A stretch of DNA of 64,000 nucleotides from an uncultured Chloroflexia bacterium (GTDB lineage Bacteria > Chloroflexota > Anaerolineae > JAAYZQ01). Position numbers and translations under genes: made by a program. The notes under the pieces are model-generated. The model had not been told where the DNA came from. It did no database searches and saw only the letters and a program-made list of their open reading frames with translations. The stretch lies in NCBI GenBank assembly GCA_963700285.1, contig CAVOXA010000014.1:128001-192000 (forward strand), written 5' to 3'. Of the stretch, positions 19,603-30,182 are shown in pieces (positions within the stretch are counted from its first letter, which is position 1; each line of letters begins with the position of its first letter).

Positions 19603-20676
19603 CTATGCCCCAGACTCAAAAACCTCTGCCGCGCGGCGCATCTTGGCGATGATATCAACATCAAATGGGCAACGCTCGAGGCACACCTCGCATTCGATGC
19701 AGTCCGATCCCGTAGCCGGGAGCGACGCATACCACTCCCGATTCGCCTGCTGGTGAAGCGGCGTAAGTCCGTAGTACTCGACGTAGTTCAGATAGTAGAT
19801 GACGCTAGGAATGGGGATGTCCTGTGGGCAGGGGAGGCAATGTTTGCAGCGCACGCACTGCCCGCGGAGCCAGTACTTGAGATCGTCGTGCAAAGGGGTG
19901 GCCCGTTTCTCCTCCGCGGATGCCGTCAGATAGCTGAGGGCCTGCCGCGTCTGATCGGCATTCCGGGGGCCGGGCACGGCAGCGGCGACTCCCTGTGACA
20001 GGACATAGTGCAAGCACTGGGCCGGCGTGATGCCGGTCGGGGTGCCATCTCTCTGCAACAGCACGCCACCGTAGTAGGGCTTCATGGCGACGACGCCAAC
20101 CCCGTACTCTGCGCAGGTCTCCAGAAGTGCGGCTCGCTCCGGGTCCCCGTGGTGTTGATACAGATTGACCGGGAACATGAGGACATCGATGAGGCCCGAT
20201 TCGATGGCCATGCGGGCCACAGCCGGATTGTGGTTGCTGAGACCGATAAAACCGATCCGCCCGTCGCGTCGGAAGCGATCCAGTCGTTCGATTCCCTGCG
20301 CCGCCCAGTTCTGCCACAACGATTCGGTATCGACCATGGTGAGCATTGCGATCTCAGCGTAGCCGTTTCCCAGGAGGCTGAGTGCCTGATCGAAGCAGCG
20401 CTGGCAGCGGTCAACCGGTTCGTGGTAGATGAACCCCCAGTGTAGGCAGAGCACCAGACTCTCGCGAAATCGGCGAATGGCTGGGCCGATAGCCTCCCAA
20501 TAACCGGCATGGCTTTCCAAGGGGTCGTTGTAGACCAGATCGATGTAGTTCACGCCCGCTGACAGGGCTAGGCCGAGCACTGCATCCATGTTCTCAGAGC
20601 TCTCGATCAGGTGCTCAGTGCCTAGCCCGATCACACCGACCTCGAGTCCTGTCCTACCCAGAGTTCTGGTTTCCAT
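19603..20676 (-). CDS. Aldo/keto reductase with C-terminal 4Fe-4S dicluster
   Basis: RTLGRTGLEVGVIGLG, GVVAMKP; CVRCKHCLPCP and CIECEVCLERCP. Confidence 0.9.
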   Translation of the reverse strand: METRTLGRTGLEVGVIGLGTEHLIESSENMDAVLGLALSAGVNYIDLVYNDPLESHAGYWEAIGPAIRRFRESLVLCLHWGFIYHEPVDRCQRCFDQALSLLGNGYAEIAMLTMVDTESLWQNWAAQGIERLDRFRRDGRIGFIGLSNHNPAVARMAIESGLIDVLMFPVNLYQHHGDPERAALLETCAEYGVGVVAMKPYYGGVLLQRDGTPTGITPAQCLHYVLSQGVAAAVPGPRNADQTRQALSYLTASAEEKRATPLHDDLKYWLRGQCVRCKHCLPCPQDIPIPSVIYYLNYVEYYGLTPLHQQANREWYASLPATGSDCIECEVCLERCPFDVDIIAKMRRAAEVFESGA

Positions 20677-20878
20677 TCTTATCGCAGATTGCCCCCTATT
20701 CTGCTCGTCCAGCTTTCCTGTCCAATGGTAGACCGTCTAGCAAGTACCGAACAGAACACCTCTGCACAAGCAAACTGACCAGATGACCATGAAGAATCTG
20801 CTTGTAGAAGCACCCGTAGCTGGAAAATTCCAGAGATCCTTCAATGCGTCTCCTGGTGGGACTCTATGACCAATTGAC

Positions 20879-20907
20879 ATTGTATCATAGTCTCGCCCCT
20901 TGAGCAA
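20879..20907 (-). promoter_or_regulatory. Putative promoter of the aldo/keto reductase cassette
   Basis: TTGCTC-17-TACAAT with extended TG. Confidence 0.55.
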
Positions 20908-20939
20908 AACCACGTGTGCGGGGACTGGAATGCCACAAC

Positions 20940-21512
20940 TCAGGTGATGCTTCAGCAGCGTCAACGGCACGATCAGCGGCCCAGCCCCTGACGGTAGTCC
21001 TTGATGAGACCCAGGAGCTCCAGCCTACCTTCGGTAGGCCTTGTCATCACTGGAGAGATGGTTCTTTAGTAACCCATCAGGTGCTGGAGCACGTTCACAT
21101 GCTTTCCTCGCGTGCCCAGTACAGCCAGGCCCTCCATCAGCATAGCCCCATACTCGGCTGTCAGTTCGTCCGAGTCCCGCTTGCCCGCGTCAGCGACGAG
21201 GCGGCCCATCTCGGTGTAATGCTTGGGACTATGGGCCATGAGCGTGAGCTTGTGGGCGGTGTGGAACTTGACCAAGCCGCCTGGGGTAGGTTCCTCGTCT
21301 AGCATTCGGGTCCACCGATAGTAGGCAAAGATCCGCTCGATAAAGTTCTCACGCAGGGGCATATCGTTGAGCCGGCCTTCCTCCTCCAAGGGCAGCAGCG
21401 GGAAACGGTTCATGAGCTCGCGGGGGAATATGCCTGTCCCATTTCTCTGCGCCATTCCGTGCTCATTATACACTTTCACACGGAATAAGCCCGAACTTGG
21501 CGAATCCTTCTT
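20940..21512 (-). pseudogene. DUF1722/YbgA-like gene fragment, copy B (degenerate)
   Basis: ORF 21066-21479 matches full copy; frameshifted tail to PLTLLKHHL. Confidence 0.85.
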
Positions 21513-21627
21513 ATAAGACTGGACACAAACGACAAAAAGTCTTCATGCTAACGACCTGCATCCAAGTAATGGGAGAGGCCGAAATAGACTGAACACGTCT
21601 TATAGGTTGAGCAAAACGCAGATGAAA

Positions 21628-21972
21628 CTACATCTGTAGCCCAGATCGCAACAGGTCGATGATTGCCTGGACGATGCTCTGGAGGGTCGCTTGCGAGAGG
21701 TTACCGGCTTCGGATACCATGAGGCTGCTGCTGGCCGTGAACAGCTTGCCAGGACGTGCATAGCTTGTCACCCGAAGGGAGCCTGTATCGAAATCTGCGT
21801 CCGTAAGCTCAACGGCACGCGGGTCTGCGTACGGATTGCTGGTGATCTGGCACAGTATCCAGTCATCCCTGCCAGAGTCAGCCAACACAAGCGCAGGTCG
21901 CAGCTTGGCCTCCGACAGATCCGAGAACGGAAATGGTACAAGCACTATCGAGCCGACTGCAGGTGTGACCAT
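21628..21972 (-). CDS. PemK/MazF-family toxin
   Basis: GSIVLVPFPFSDLSEAKLRPALVL...ILCQITS signature. Confidence 0.88.
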   Translation of the reverse strand: MVTPAVGSIVLVPFPFSDLSEAKLRPALVLADSGRDDWILCQITSNPYADPRAVELTDADFDTGSLRVTSYARPGKLFTASSSLMVSEAGNLSQATLQSIVQAIIDLLRSGLQM

Positions 21973-22166
21973 GCGGCATCTTCCTCTGACCTGTTCCAGT
22001 CCTTGGCCAGTGCTGCCTCGCTGAGCAAGGCCGTTTCAGACACGCCGCTTAGAGGCGCCTCCTCCAAGATTGTCACAAGTGCACGCCGCACAGCCGGCAA
22101 TCGGACTGATTCAAGCAAGCTCACTTTGCCTTGCTCGTCAATCACAGCTTCGATTGTTTTGACCAT
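21945..22166 (-). CDS. Putative cognate antitoxin
   Basis: 73 aa upstream of and overlapping the toxin; acidic C-terminus LSEAALAKDWNRSEEDAAW; own promoter. Confidence 0.75.
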   Translation of the reverse strand: MVKTIEAVIDEQGKVSLLESVRLPAVRRALVTILEEAPLSGVSETALLSEAALAKDWNRSEEDAAWSHLQSAR

Positions 22167-22201
22167 GCCTACCCCTTTCATCGACACTGAACCCTAACCT
22201 G

Positions 22202-22230
22202 ATTATACAACGAATGGCATGGCCGGTCAA
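22202..22230 (-). promoter_or_regulatory. Promoter of the toxin-antitoxin operon
   Basis: TTGACC-17-TATAAT. Confidence 0.7.
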
Positions 22231-22295
22231 CCAACCGAAACAACTTCGCACGCAGGTCAAGGCTCATGTAGACAGTGATGGGTTGATCCATTGGT

Positions 22296-22430
22296 CTACA
22301 CGTGATTGCGCAGCATGAGCTCCTTGGGGTACGGATGCAAGTACGCCTGCTGGTGTACCCAATCGGGAACCTGATAGCGGTCTAGATGATGCTTGAGCAG
22401 CGTCAGCGGCACGATCAGCGGCAGGAGGTC
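22296..22430 (-). pseudogene. DUF1722/YbgA-like 3'-terminal remnant, copy C
   Basis: Encodes PLIVPLTLLKHHLDRYQVPDWVHQQAYLHPYPKELMLRNHV-stop. Confidence 0.85.
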
Positions 22431-22443
22431 CCGCTGACAAGCC

Positions 22444-22725
22444 TCACCCATCTGGGCTCGGAACTCCAGGATACACAGATTGTGGAAGGCTTCTAGCTTC
22501 TGCTGCTGCCTTCTGCAACGCAGCGGCTAGTTGCTCTGCCTGTTCGATGGTCAGCAGGAAGCTCGTCTCATCCGCCTCAAAGAGCCGCATATCCCTCGGC
22601 CCTGACTCATGGATGCGAAACCGGATTTCATCATCCCAACCTTGCTCCCGGTCCGCAGGGTCAAAGTACACTTCGACAGAAATGTTCTCGCCTGCTTGAA
22701 CGATCATGTAGACATCTCGAAACAC
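22444..22725 (-). CDS. Hypothetical protein, 93 aa
   Basis: Clean acidic ORF between full ybgA-like gene and copy C; no motif recognised. Confidence 0.55.
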   Translation of the reverse strand: MFRDVYMIVQAGENISVEVYFDPADREQGWDDEIRFRIHESGPRDMRLFEADETSFLLTIEQAEQLAAALQKAAAEARSLPQSVYPGVPSPDG

Positions 22726-22737
22726 CGCACTACCAGT

Positions 22738-23719
22738 TTAAACATGATTCCTAAGCATCAGCTCCTTTGGGTACGGATGGAGGTAGACCTGCTGGTGCAC
22801 CCAGTCAGGCACCGGATGCCGGTTCAGATGATGCTTGAGCAGCGTCAGCGGCACTATCAGTGGCACCATCCCCTGCCGGTAGTCCTCGATGAGGCCCAGG
22901 AGCTCCTTCTTGTCTTCACTCGAGAGGTCCTTCTTGAGATAGCCCATCAGGTGCTGGAGCACGTTGACGTGCTTGCCCCGGGTGCCCATCACACCGAGGC
23001 CCTCCATGAGCATGGCCCCATACTCGGCTGTCAATTCGTCCCAGTTCCGCTTGCCCGCGTCGGCGACGAGGCGGCCCATCTCGGTGTAATGCTTCGGACT
23101 GTGGGCCATCAGCGTCAGCTTGTGCGCGGTGTGGAATTTGACCAGACCACCGGGCGTTGGCTCCTCGTCTAGCATTCGCGTCCAGCGATAGTAGGCAAAG
23201 ACTCGCTCGATAAAGTTCTCGCGCAGCGGCATGTCGTTGAGGCGGCCCTCCTCCTCCAGCGGCAAGAGCGGGAAGCGGTTCATGACCTCGCGGGGAAACA
23301 TGCCCGTGCCATTGTGCTGGGCCATGCCGTGTTCATTATACACTTTTACACGGAACAGACCCGACGAAGGAGAATCCTTTTTGAACACAAAGCCGTGAAG
23401 CTCGGCGGCAGCCAGCTCTTCCACACGATTCTCGTGCCCAGGCGATCATGGCTTCCGTATGGTCAGTGCCGGACTTGGGCGCTATCAGCCGCGGATGCTC
23501 GCTGTCACCCACCAAGCGCAGGCTCTCCCGTGGGATGGGCAGCCCCATCTCTACCTCCGGGCAGACAGGCACCCACTCAACGAATAAGCCCAGCGTGCCG
23601 GTCAGATACCGGTCCAGTTTGTGCCCGCCGTCAAAGCGTACCTTTTCTCCGAGCAGGCAGGTGCTGATTCCAAGACGAATCGTCGGTCCCTCGATGGGCT
23701 TCTGCTCGACGTTTGCCAT
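22738..23719 (-). CDS. DUF523 + DUF1722 protein (YbbK/YbgA-like), one frameshift near 23425
   Basis: AAGGAGG RBS; GISTCLLGEKVRFDGGH, VCPEVEMGLPIPRE, KKDSPSSG, EEEGRL, YPKEL motifs. Confidence 0.88.
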
Positions 23720-23770
23720 CTGTTCCTCCTTCCCTGTCACGGTGCCGGCCCCATCGGGGGGCAGCTTCGT

Positions 23771-24244
23771 TCAGGGGCTTTCAGGCCGGCTATCAGCAGG
23801 CGTGCCCCACCGCTCTCGGCGACGATAGCGTCGGCGGATGGAGCGAAAGTGGACTCGAATCGGCGCCTCATCCAGCTCTGGATGGGCAGTGAAAAGAGCG
23901 CGATCGCCGTAGCGAAAGGCCTCCAGCACCAAAGGCAACTCACGTTGAAAGATGGCGTACCGCCAACGAGAGGTGCCAAAGACGAGTCCCCCGCTCACGT
24001 GACAGTACACGTGCAACGCAGGGCCGTCGTCGTCTTTGCGCCACTCAGCCAATACCTCGTCACGCATCAGGCGTGTGTACCAACTGCTGATCTGGTCCCG
24101 ATCATAGTCCGGACCGACGGTTAGGTACAGGTCGCCGGTCATGTCGGAATGAGTCAAGGTGTAGCACCGGTGTGCAATCGGGCCTTCCGCCTCCATGCCC
24201 CGGACAAAGCGCACATCCAATTTCTCAGGACGCAAGCGACTCAT
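23771..24244 (-). CDS. Staygreen (SGR) family protein, Mg-dechelatase homolog
   Basis: YTLTHSDMTGDLYL, RDEVLAEW, LHVYCHVSG, IRVHFRS, WG motifs. Confidence 0.88.
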   Translation of the reverse strand: MSRLRPEKLDVRFVRGMEAEGPIAHRCYTLTHSDMTGDLYLTVGPDYDRDQISSWYTRLMRDEVLAEWRKDDDGPALHVYCHVSGGLVFGTSRWRYAIFQRELPLVLEAFRYGDRALFTAHPELDEAPIRVHFRSIRRRYRRRERWGTPADSRPESP

Positions 24245-24268
24245 TTGAGCACTCCCCTGGCCCAGCGA

Positions 24269-25564
24269 TCACGGATGTGCCTGGGCCGGTTCTGGAGTAG
24301 CCGCCGTTTCCTCCCTGCCCGGCAGAGGCGGATCAGGATTGATGATGAGTCGGCGCCAGACATAGATAACGACCCAGGCCATGATGACCGCGCCGACTAC
24401 GCCCGGCGCCCAAGCCCCCAGAGCTCCCAGGAGAAGGCCGCCGGCTGCTGGGCCAATGACTCGCGTTAGACTCTCGACGGACGAGGACACACCCAGGGCG
24501 CCACCCACCTCCTCGGGATAGACCGACTTGGTGATGCTACTGTTGATTACGGTATTTAGCACGCCAGCGGCAAAGGACAACGGAGCCAGGACCAGCAGCA
24601 ACCACAGGAGATTTGGTGCAAATGCCCAGCCCAGGAGCGAGACGGCCAGCACCATCACGGCGCCAAAGATCAAGCGATTCTCGGGAAAGCGTTTTGTCAG
24701 CCGGCCAATCGCCACCCCCTGGACCAACACGCTCAGCAAGCCGACATAGGCCAGGATGTAGCCGGTTCCGATCGAATCAAGCCGGAGCTGGTACTGAGCA
24801 TACAGCGCAAATACCCCCGTAAACGTGGCAAAGGCCAGGCCGTAGAAAAAGCGGATGTTCAGCAACGGGCCAAAGCGCGGTCGCTGCAGTGCATTCACAA
24901 GCTCCCGCACGCTGAGCAATGACTTTGCCGGTTGCTTGGCCAGTTCAGCCTTGATCTCGTCGGTAAGCGACTCTGGCAGCCAGAACAGAACGGCGAACCA
25001 GTTCAGGGTGGCGATGGCAGCCGCTACAAAGGCAGGAACAGCATACCGCCCCCCGGCGCTAAGCGCACCGCCCAACGCCGGACCGATGATGAAGCCCAGA
25101 CCAAAGGCTGCGCCGATGAGGCCCAGCCCGCGAGCTCGACTCTCCTCGTCGGTGACGTCGGTGATGTATGCCTGTGCAACCGAGATATTGCCGCCGGTCA
25201 GACCATCAATGATGCGACTGATGAAAAGAATAATGAGGATGATCGCATTGGTCGTCGCCACCGAACTGTCACCGGCCAGTGCCCTTCCTAGCGGCTCGGC
25301 AAGCCCCAGCAGCAGAAAGCCGGCCACCGTGCCGGCAATGCTGATCAGCAGGATGGGCCGCCGACCGTAACGGTCAGAGAGGCGGCCCAGGACCGGTGCG
25401 CCAATCAACTGCGCTGCCGCATACGAGGCAGCCAAAAGGCCAACGACAAAAGGCGCAGCGCCATAAGCCTCGGCATAATACGGCAGCAGCGGCAAGATTA
25501 AGCCAAAGCCCAACAAGTCAACAAAAACGATGATGAATACAGTAATGAGACGTCTTTTGTCCAT
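24269..25564 (-). CDS. MFS efflux transporter, TetA-like
   Basis: GRLSDRYGRRP motif A; GFIIGPALGG antiporter motif. Confidence 0.92.
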   Translation of the reverse strand: MDKRRLITVFIIVFVDLLGFGLILPLLPYYAEAYGAAPFVVGLLAASYAAAQLIGAPVLGRLSDRYGRRPILLISIAGTVAGFLLLGLAEPLGRALAGDSSVATTNAIILIILFISRIIDGLTGGNISVAQAYITDVTDEESRARGLGLIGAAFGLGFIIGPALGGALSAGGRYAVPAFVAAAIATLNWFAVLFWLPESLTDEIKAELAKQPAKSLLSVRELVNALQRPRFGPLLNIRFFYGLAFATFTGVFALYAQYQLRLDSIGTGYILAYVGLLSVLVQGVAIGRLTKRFPENRLIFGAVMVLAVSLLGWAFAPNLLWLLLVLAPLSFAAGVLNTVINSSITKSVYPEEVGGALGVSSSVESLTRVIGPAAGGLLLGALGAWAPGVVGAVIMAWVVIYVWRRLIINPDPPLPGREETAATPEPAQAHP

Positions 25565-25591
25565 CCTACTCCTCCCTGTTTGCCCCCTTGT

Positions 25592-27103
25592 TTATCGAGT
25601 CCCAGGCTGCGCCGCCTGCGCAGCCAGGTCTGTAGCCACCTCTGGGGACGACAGGGATTCGGCGCGTTCGGCCAGTCTGCCGATCATGTTACCAAAGATG
25701 GGTCCATGGAACGGGTAAAGACCGTACCAGTACAGGAAGCCGGGCAACCCTTTTGGCGCCAAGAAAGCAGTCTGCACCAACAATGTCTTTCCATCCTCGC
25801 GGGGCCGAGCTTCAAACTGAAGCCAAGCCTGGCCCGGCACCTTCATCTCAGCCCGCAGGCGCATCAGGCGGCCCGGCTCGACGGCTTCTACGCGCCAAAA
25901 GTCCAGGGCATCTCCCACGCGAACTTTTTCGGGATGGCGACGGCCCCGGCGCAAGCCCGGCCCGCCCACGAGCCGGTCGGCGACGCCCCGCAGCCACCAC
26001 AGCCAGTTGGCATACAGCCAGCCCTGCTCACCGCCCAAGCGGCTGAACACGGCAAAGACATCCTCCGGCGGCGCATCCACTACCTGTTGGCGGCGCTCAA
26101 TCTGCAGGCCTTCTTCGGTCGTGAGCTCCACAGGAGCCACGTCTCCGGCACTGGATGCCAACGAGTCGCTCCAACGGGTCTCCACCTGTCCCAACTCCAA
26201 GCTGGCCAAGGCTCGGCGCACAGCCGTGTCATAGCCTACCGGCACGATATCGGGAAAAAGTGTCTGGGCCGCGTCGTCGCGTACGACAACTTCGTTTCGC
26301 AGTCCCTCGATGAGGGGGTATACGATGCCAGCGTTCACCGGCGTCATCCAGTGTACCCAGTGAGCGGAAAGACGGGGCGTCAGCACCGGCACGGGGATGA
26401 GCAGGCGGCGCAGGCCGCGCACCTGCGCGTAGCCCTTCATCATGTCGCCGTAGGTCACTATGTCAGCCCCGCCGACCTCGATGATGCGCCCGGCACTCTC
26501 CGGCACCCTCAAGGCATCGACCAAGTAGTCGAGAATATCTCGGATAGCGATGGGCTGGATGCGAGTGTATACCCAGCGCGGGCTAATCATGACCGGCAGT
26601 CGCTCGGTCAGGTAGCGGATCATCTCGAACGACAGGCTGCCCGAACCGACGATGACGGCCGCGCGGAACTCGGTGACCGGCACGCCCGCCTCGCGCAGCG
26701 CAGCACCCGTCTCCTGGCGAGAGCGCAAGTGTACCGAGAGCTGGCTGTCAGGATCGCCCAGACCGCCCAGGTAGATGATGCGTTCTATGCCAGCAGCCTT
26801 GGCTGCATGCCCAAAGTTGCGAGCGACGACGATGTCGCGTTCACGGTACTCTTTTGTGTCACTCAGACTGTGGATGAGGTAGTAGGTGGCCCATGCGCCT
26901 TGCATAGCGGCGACCAGCGTCTCTGGACGCAGCGCGTCGGCTTCAACCACCTCTACCTGATCGCTCCAGGAACGTCCCTGAAGACGGTTGGCATCGCGCA
27001 CCAGGCAGCGAACCCGGTAGCCCGCATCCAAAAGATGCGGCACCAACCTGCCGCCGATGTAACCTGTGGCACCTGTGACGAGAACGAGCTTTGGCTCCTG
27101 CAT
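25592..27103 (-). CDS. Atypical SDR / NAD(P)-binding protein with DUF2867, YbjT-like
   Basis: VTGATGYIGG Rossmann motif; DFWRVE, LRAEMKVPG, GFLYWY C-terminal domain. Confidence 0.88.
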   Translation of the reverse strand: MQEPKLVLVTGATGYIGGRLVPHLLDAGYRVRCLVRDANRLQGRSWSDQVEVVEADALRPETLVAAMQGAWATYYLIHSLSDTKEYRERDIVVARNFGHAAKAAGIERIIYLGGLGDPDSQLSVHLRSRQETGAALREAGVPVTEFRAAVIVGSGSLSFEMIRYLTERLPVMISPRWVYTRIQPIAIRDILDYLVDALRVPESAGRIIEVGGADIVTYGDMMKGYAQVRGLRRLLIPVPVLTPRLSAHWVHWMTPVNAGIVYPLIEGLRNEVVVRDDAAQTLFPDIVPVGYDTAVRRALASLELGQVETRWSDSLASSAGDVAPVELTTEEGLQIERRQQVVDAPPEDVFAVFSRLGGEQGWLYANWLWWLRGVADRLVGGPGLRRGRRHPEKVRVGDALDFWRVEAVEPGRLMRLRAEMKVPGQAWLQFEARPREDGKTLLVQTAFLAPKGLPGFLYWYGLYPFHGPIFGNMIGRLAERAESLSSPEVATDLAAQAAQPGTR

Positions 27104-27170
27104 AACACACCCTTTCGGTAGATCTGGCTGGGAGAACCCGAACCAGAACGATCTCTATTCTACGTCAAGG

Positions 27171-27210
27171 ATTATACCACGTTGAAGGTATTTTGTCAAG
27201 CTTTTGTACA
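27171..27210 (-). promoter_or_regulatory. Promoter overlapped by 11-bp-phased repeats (CarH/LitR-like operator)
   Basis: TGTACAaaagcTTGACA-17-TATAAT on the minus strand. Confidence 0.7.
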
Positions 27211-27257
27211 TGTTCCTAATGGGTTTCTAACGCCGAACAGAGGGATACCAGTGTCAG

Positions 27258-27593
27258 CTAGGCACCCGCCGCCCGCCTCCCCATCCAGAAACGTCGCCAG
27301 TCTCCCCCACTGGTCTGGAGCGCAACGAGTGTGTACAGGCTGCCCGCCCAGAAACCCAGAGTCATCATGAGGATGACCCACACAACGGATCGCACGCCGA
27401 TTCCCTCCCGGTAGACGATCCAACCGGAAAACAGGACAAAGCCCACGTACAGATCGACCAGTGACACGATTCCCCAGGGCATGGATAGGAGCTGCTTCCC
27501 TTCTTCGGCAAAGTTGCCGGCAGTGAAGCCATAGATGAGGACGGCCGTCATAGCCAGCAGTCCCAACAGTGCGATACCTTTCGCAGTCTTCAT
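27258..27593 (-). CDS. Small membrane protein, DUF1475-like
   Basis: PWGIVSLVDLYVGF..WIVYRE motif; three TM segments. Confidence 0.7.
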   Translation of the reverse strand: MKTAKGIALLGLLAMTAVLIYGFTAGNFAEEGKQLLSMPWGIVSLVDLYVGFVLFSGWIVYREGIGVRSVVWVILMMTLGFWAGSLYTLVALQTSGGDWRRFWMGRRAAGA

Positions 27594-27722
27594 GTGTTTG
27601 TCTCCTTTTGTCTACACACTGGCCGCCAGAGGTCCCGACGACCACCTTCCCTTAGCACCCAGACAAACAGTACGATGACCGAGCCCAGGGAACGCCAGAT
27701 GTAGACGTCCTGGGCCAGCCCG

Positions 27723-29147
27723 TCATATTCCAGTCTCTCTAGCCAAGCGATAAGCGCTTAGCGTCCGCTGCCGCGCCCAGGCATGGTCGATGATCGGCGC
27801 CGGGTAGCCCTGGCCCAGGACGAACCCGGCCTCACGCTGTACATCACCGGGCATCTCCCACGGCGCGTGGAGGTATCTGTCCGGCACGCGGGCCAGCTCA
27901 GGCAGCCAGCGCCGCACAAAGACACCGTCCGGATCGTGTTTTCTGCCCTGAAGTATTGGGTTAAAGATGCGAAAGTAAGGCGCAGCGTCAGTGCCGGTGC
28001 CGGCCGTCCACTGCCAGCCGCCGTTGTTGGCCGCCGGATCGCCATCTACCAGGTGCTGCATGAAGAACCGCTCACCCCACCGCCAGTCGATGAGCAGGTC
28101 TTTGACCAGGAACGATGCGACGATCATCCGTGCCCGGTTGTGCATCCAGCCGGTCTCGACCAGTTGGCGCATGGCCGCGTCGACCACGGGATAGCCGGTC
28201 CGGCCCTCGCACCAGGCGGCGAAAGCACCCGCATCGTTCTCCCAGGCGATCTGGTCGTATACAGGGCGAAAGCTCGATCCGGATACATGGGGAAAGTGGT
28301 GGACGATGTTGATGTAGAACTCGCGCCAGACCAACTCGTTGAGCCAAACCTCGACGCCTTTGCGCTCCTCAGCGCTGGACGCCGCGCCGGCAGCAGCCAG
28401 GGCGCGGGTCACCGCCTGCCGCGCTGAAACCATACCAAATCGCAGGTAGGGCGAAAGTTTTGACGTGCCGTCCTGATCCAATCGATCGCGGCCCTCTGAA
28501 TAGCAGTAGATAGGCGCGGCGTCGAGATCGACAAACGAGTCTAGGCGGCGCCGGGCCTCGGCCTCCCCGGGTGGGAAGGGTACCTTGGAGGGCAGAGTCG
28601 GGGAATCGGGAATCGGCAAGGCCGGCACATCCGGCACTGCAGGCAGCGACGCCGGGGCAGCCAGCAAGAGTCGCTCGTACGGCGGGGCTAGGGCCTTCCA
28701 GGCACGGCCAAAGGGCGTAAAGACGGTATAGGGCGCACCGGCGGCGTTGAGAACCACTCCGGGCGGGTGCACAGTCACGCCCGCGGTCAGGTGGAGCGGA
28801 AGCACCTCGGCGACGCGGGCATCACGCCCTCGGGCGTACGGCGTATGGTCCTCTTCGGCAAAGATGCCGGCCGCACCGGTCTCACCCACCAGTGTCCTCA
28901 GTTCGGCCAGCGGCTCGCCGCGCCGGACCACCAGGCGGCTGCCCCGCGCACGCAGGTCTGAGTCGAGTTGGCGCAGCCCGCCAAGCAGGAACGCCACCCG
29001 CTTCTCGCCGGCGCACGGCGAATTGAGTAGCGCCGGGTCGAGTACAAAGACCGGGATGACCTTTTCGGCGAGGGCCAAGGAGGCGGCAAGAGCTTGGTTG
29101 TCTGCCAGGCGGAGATCGCGGCGGGTCCACCAGATGGCTGTGGTCAT
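27723..29147 (-). CDS. phrB: Deoxyribodipyrimidine photolyase (class I CPD)
   Basis: [48 protein letters not shown]. Confidence 0.95.
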   Translation of the reverse strand: MTTAIWWTRRDLRLADNQALAASLALAEKVIPVFVLDPALLNSPCAGEKRVAFLLGGLRQLDSDLRARGSRLVVRRGEPLAELRTLVGETGAAGIFAEEDHTPYARGRDARVAEVLPLHLTAGVTVHPPGVVLNAAGAPYTVFTPFGRAWKALAPPYERLLLAAPASLPAVPDVPALPIPDSPTLPSKVPFPPGEAEARRRLDSFVDLDAAPIYCYSEGRDRLDQDGTSKLSPYLRFGMVSARQAVTRALAAAGAASSAEERKGVEVWLNELVWREFYINIVHHFPHVSGSSFRPVYDQIAWENDAGAFAAWCEGRTGYPVVDAAMRQLVETGWMHNRARMIVASFLVKDLLIDWRWGERFFMQHLVDGDPAANNGGWQWTAGTGTDAAPYFRIFNPILQGRKHDPDGVFVRRWLPELARVPDRYLHAPWEMPGDVQREAGFVLGQGYPAPIIDHAWARQRTLSAYRLARETGI

Positions 29148-30135
29148 GATTGGTTTTGGTCCGCCTCGATCAATTGCTCTCGACGGCGCCGATGTTCGAT
29201 GATGGGCCGGTCACCCTGGATCATCTTTTCGCCGATGCGCAGCCCTGAGGGCCGCGGCTGCTGGGTCTCTACCACACGGCGATCCTGGTGCAGCACAAGA
29301 CGGTTGTAAGGCATCGCCGCCCAAGCTACCAGTTCCTTCAGCCCCGGTACCGGCAGGAACTTCTGATAGAAGCGCAGGTAGAATAGTGTGTGCTCCTCAT
29401 CCACGGGCGCAAAGGCAACGATGATCCGCACGTCCTGGCTGATATAGTTCTGCCACAGGTTGGGAAAGAGAAACTCCAGTTTGAATTCCCGATCCGTGGG
29501 CGGCACCGGCACTTCAGCTTGGTCGTCGAGGTGGCGTCCCGTCGTCCTCCCGGTTGAACGTATAGACGTAGAACATGTCCTCGTCAATCCAGTCCATACC
29601 AGGGCCATCCACCAACTTGCCTATGCCGCGCCCAATGGTGTTGTAATGCACGAAAGGCACGTGCACTACGTCGAGCTGGTTTTCAATGGCGCGGGAATAG
29701 TGCGCATTCCACAGGTCATGGATCGTAGCGTAGGTAAAGCCATCGTCCATGTCGTCAAAGAAGCGCGGTGGCGGCAGGTCCTCCGGTGGGTTATCACCCC
29801 ACCACACCCAGACAAAGCCGTGGCCCTCGTAGGTCGGGTAGCTATGTGCCTTGAGAGCTTGGGGCACCGGAGCATTGCGACCATTTGCCGGGATGAGCAC
29901 CGCTCTATCAGAGCTGTCGTACTCAAAACCGTGGAAAGGGCAATGGATGTGGCCATCGACCACCTTGCCTTTGCTGAGCTCGACGCCCCGGTGAGGGCAC
30001 TTGTCGCGCAGACAGACTCACGCTGCCCGTGCCGTCACGCCAGAAGACCAATTTCTCGCCCATGCGGGTGACGCCGACAGGTTTGTCCTTGACCTGTTTG
30101 GATTCGACCAAAACGTACCACTGGTTAGGAATCAC
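29144..30135 (-). CDS. Rieske non-heme iron oxygenase alpha subunit (frameshifted)
   Basis: NQWY start, [23 protein letters not shown] iron motif, QD near C-terminus; three ORF pieces. Confidence 0.85.
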
Positions 30136-30182
30136 GTCCCATCATCCTCCATCGTTGCTTTTTGAATCCTTGCCATTCTCTC

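Noticed and set aside
21540-21615. Integron attC site after the toxin gene (GCTCAAC...GTTAGC on the minus strand)
   Set aside because: R''/R' pairing is imperfect, no L-box stem, no equivalent after other cargos, and no intI in the window.
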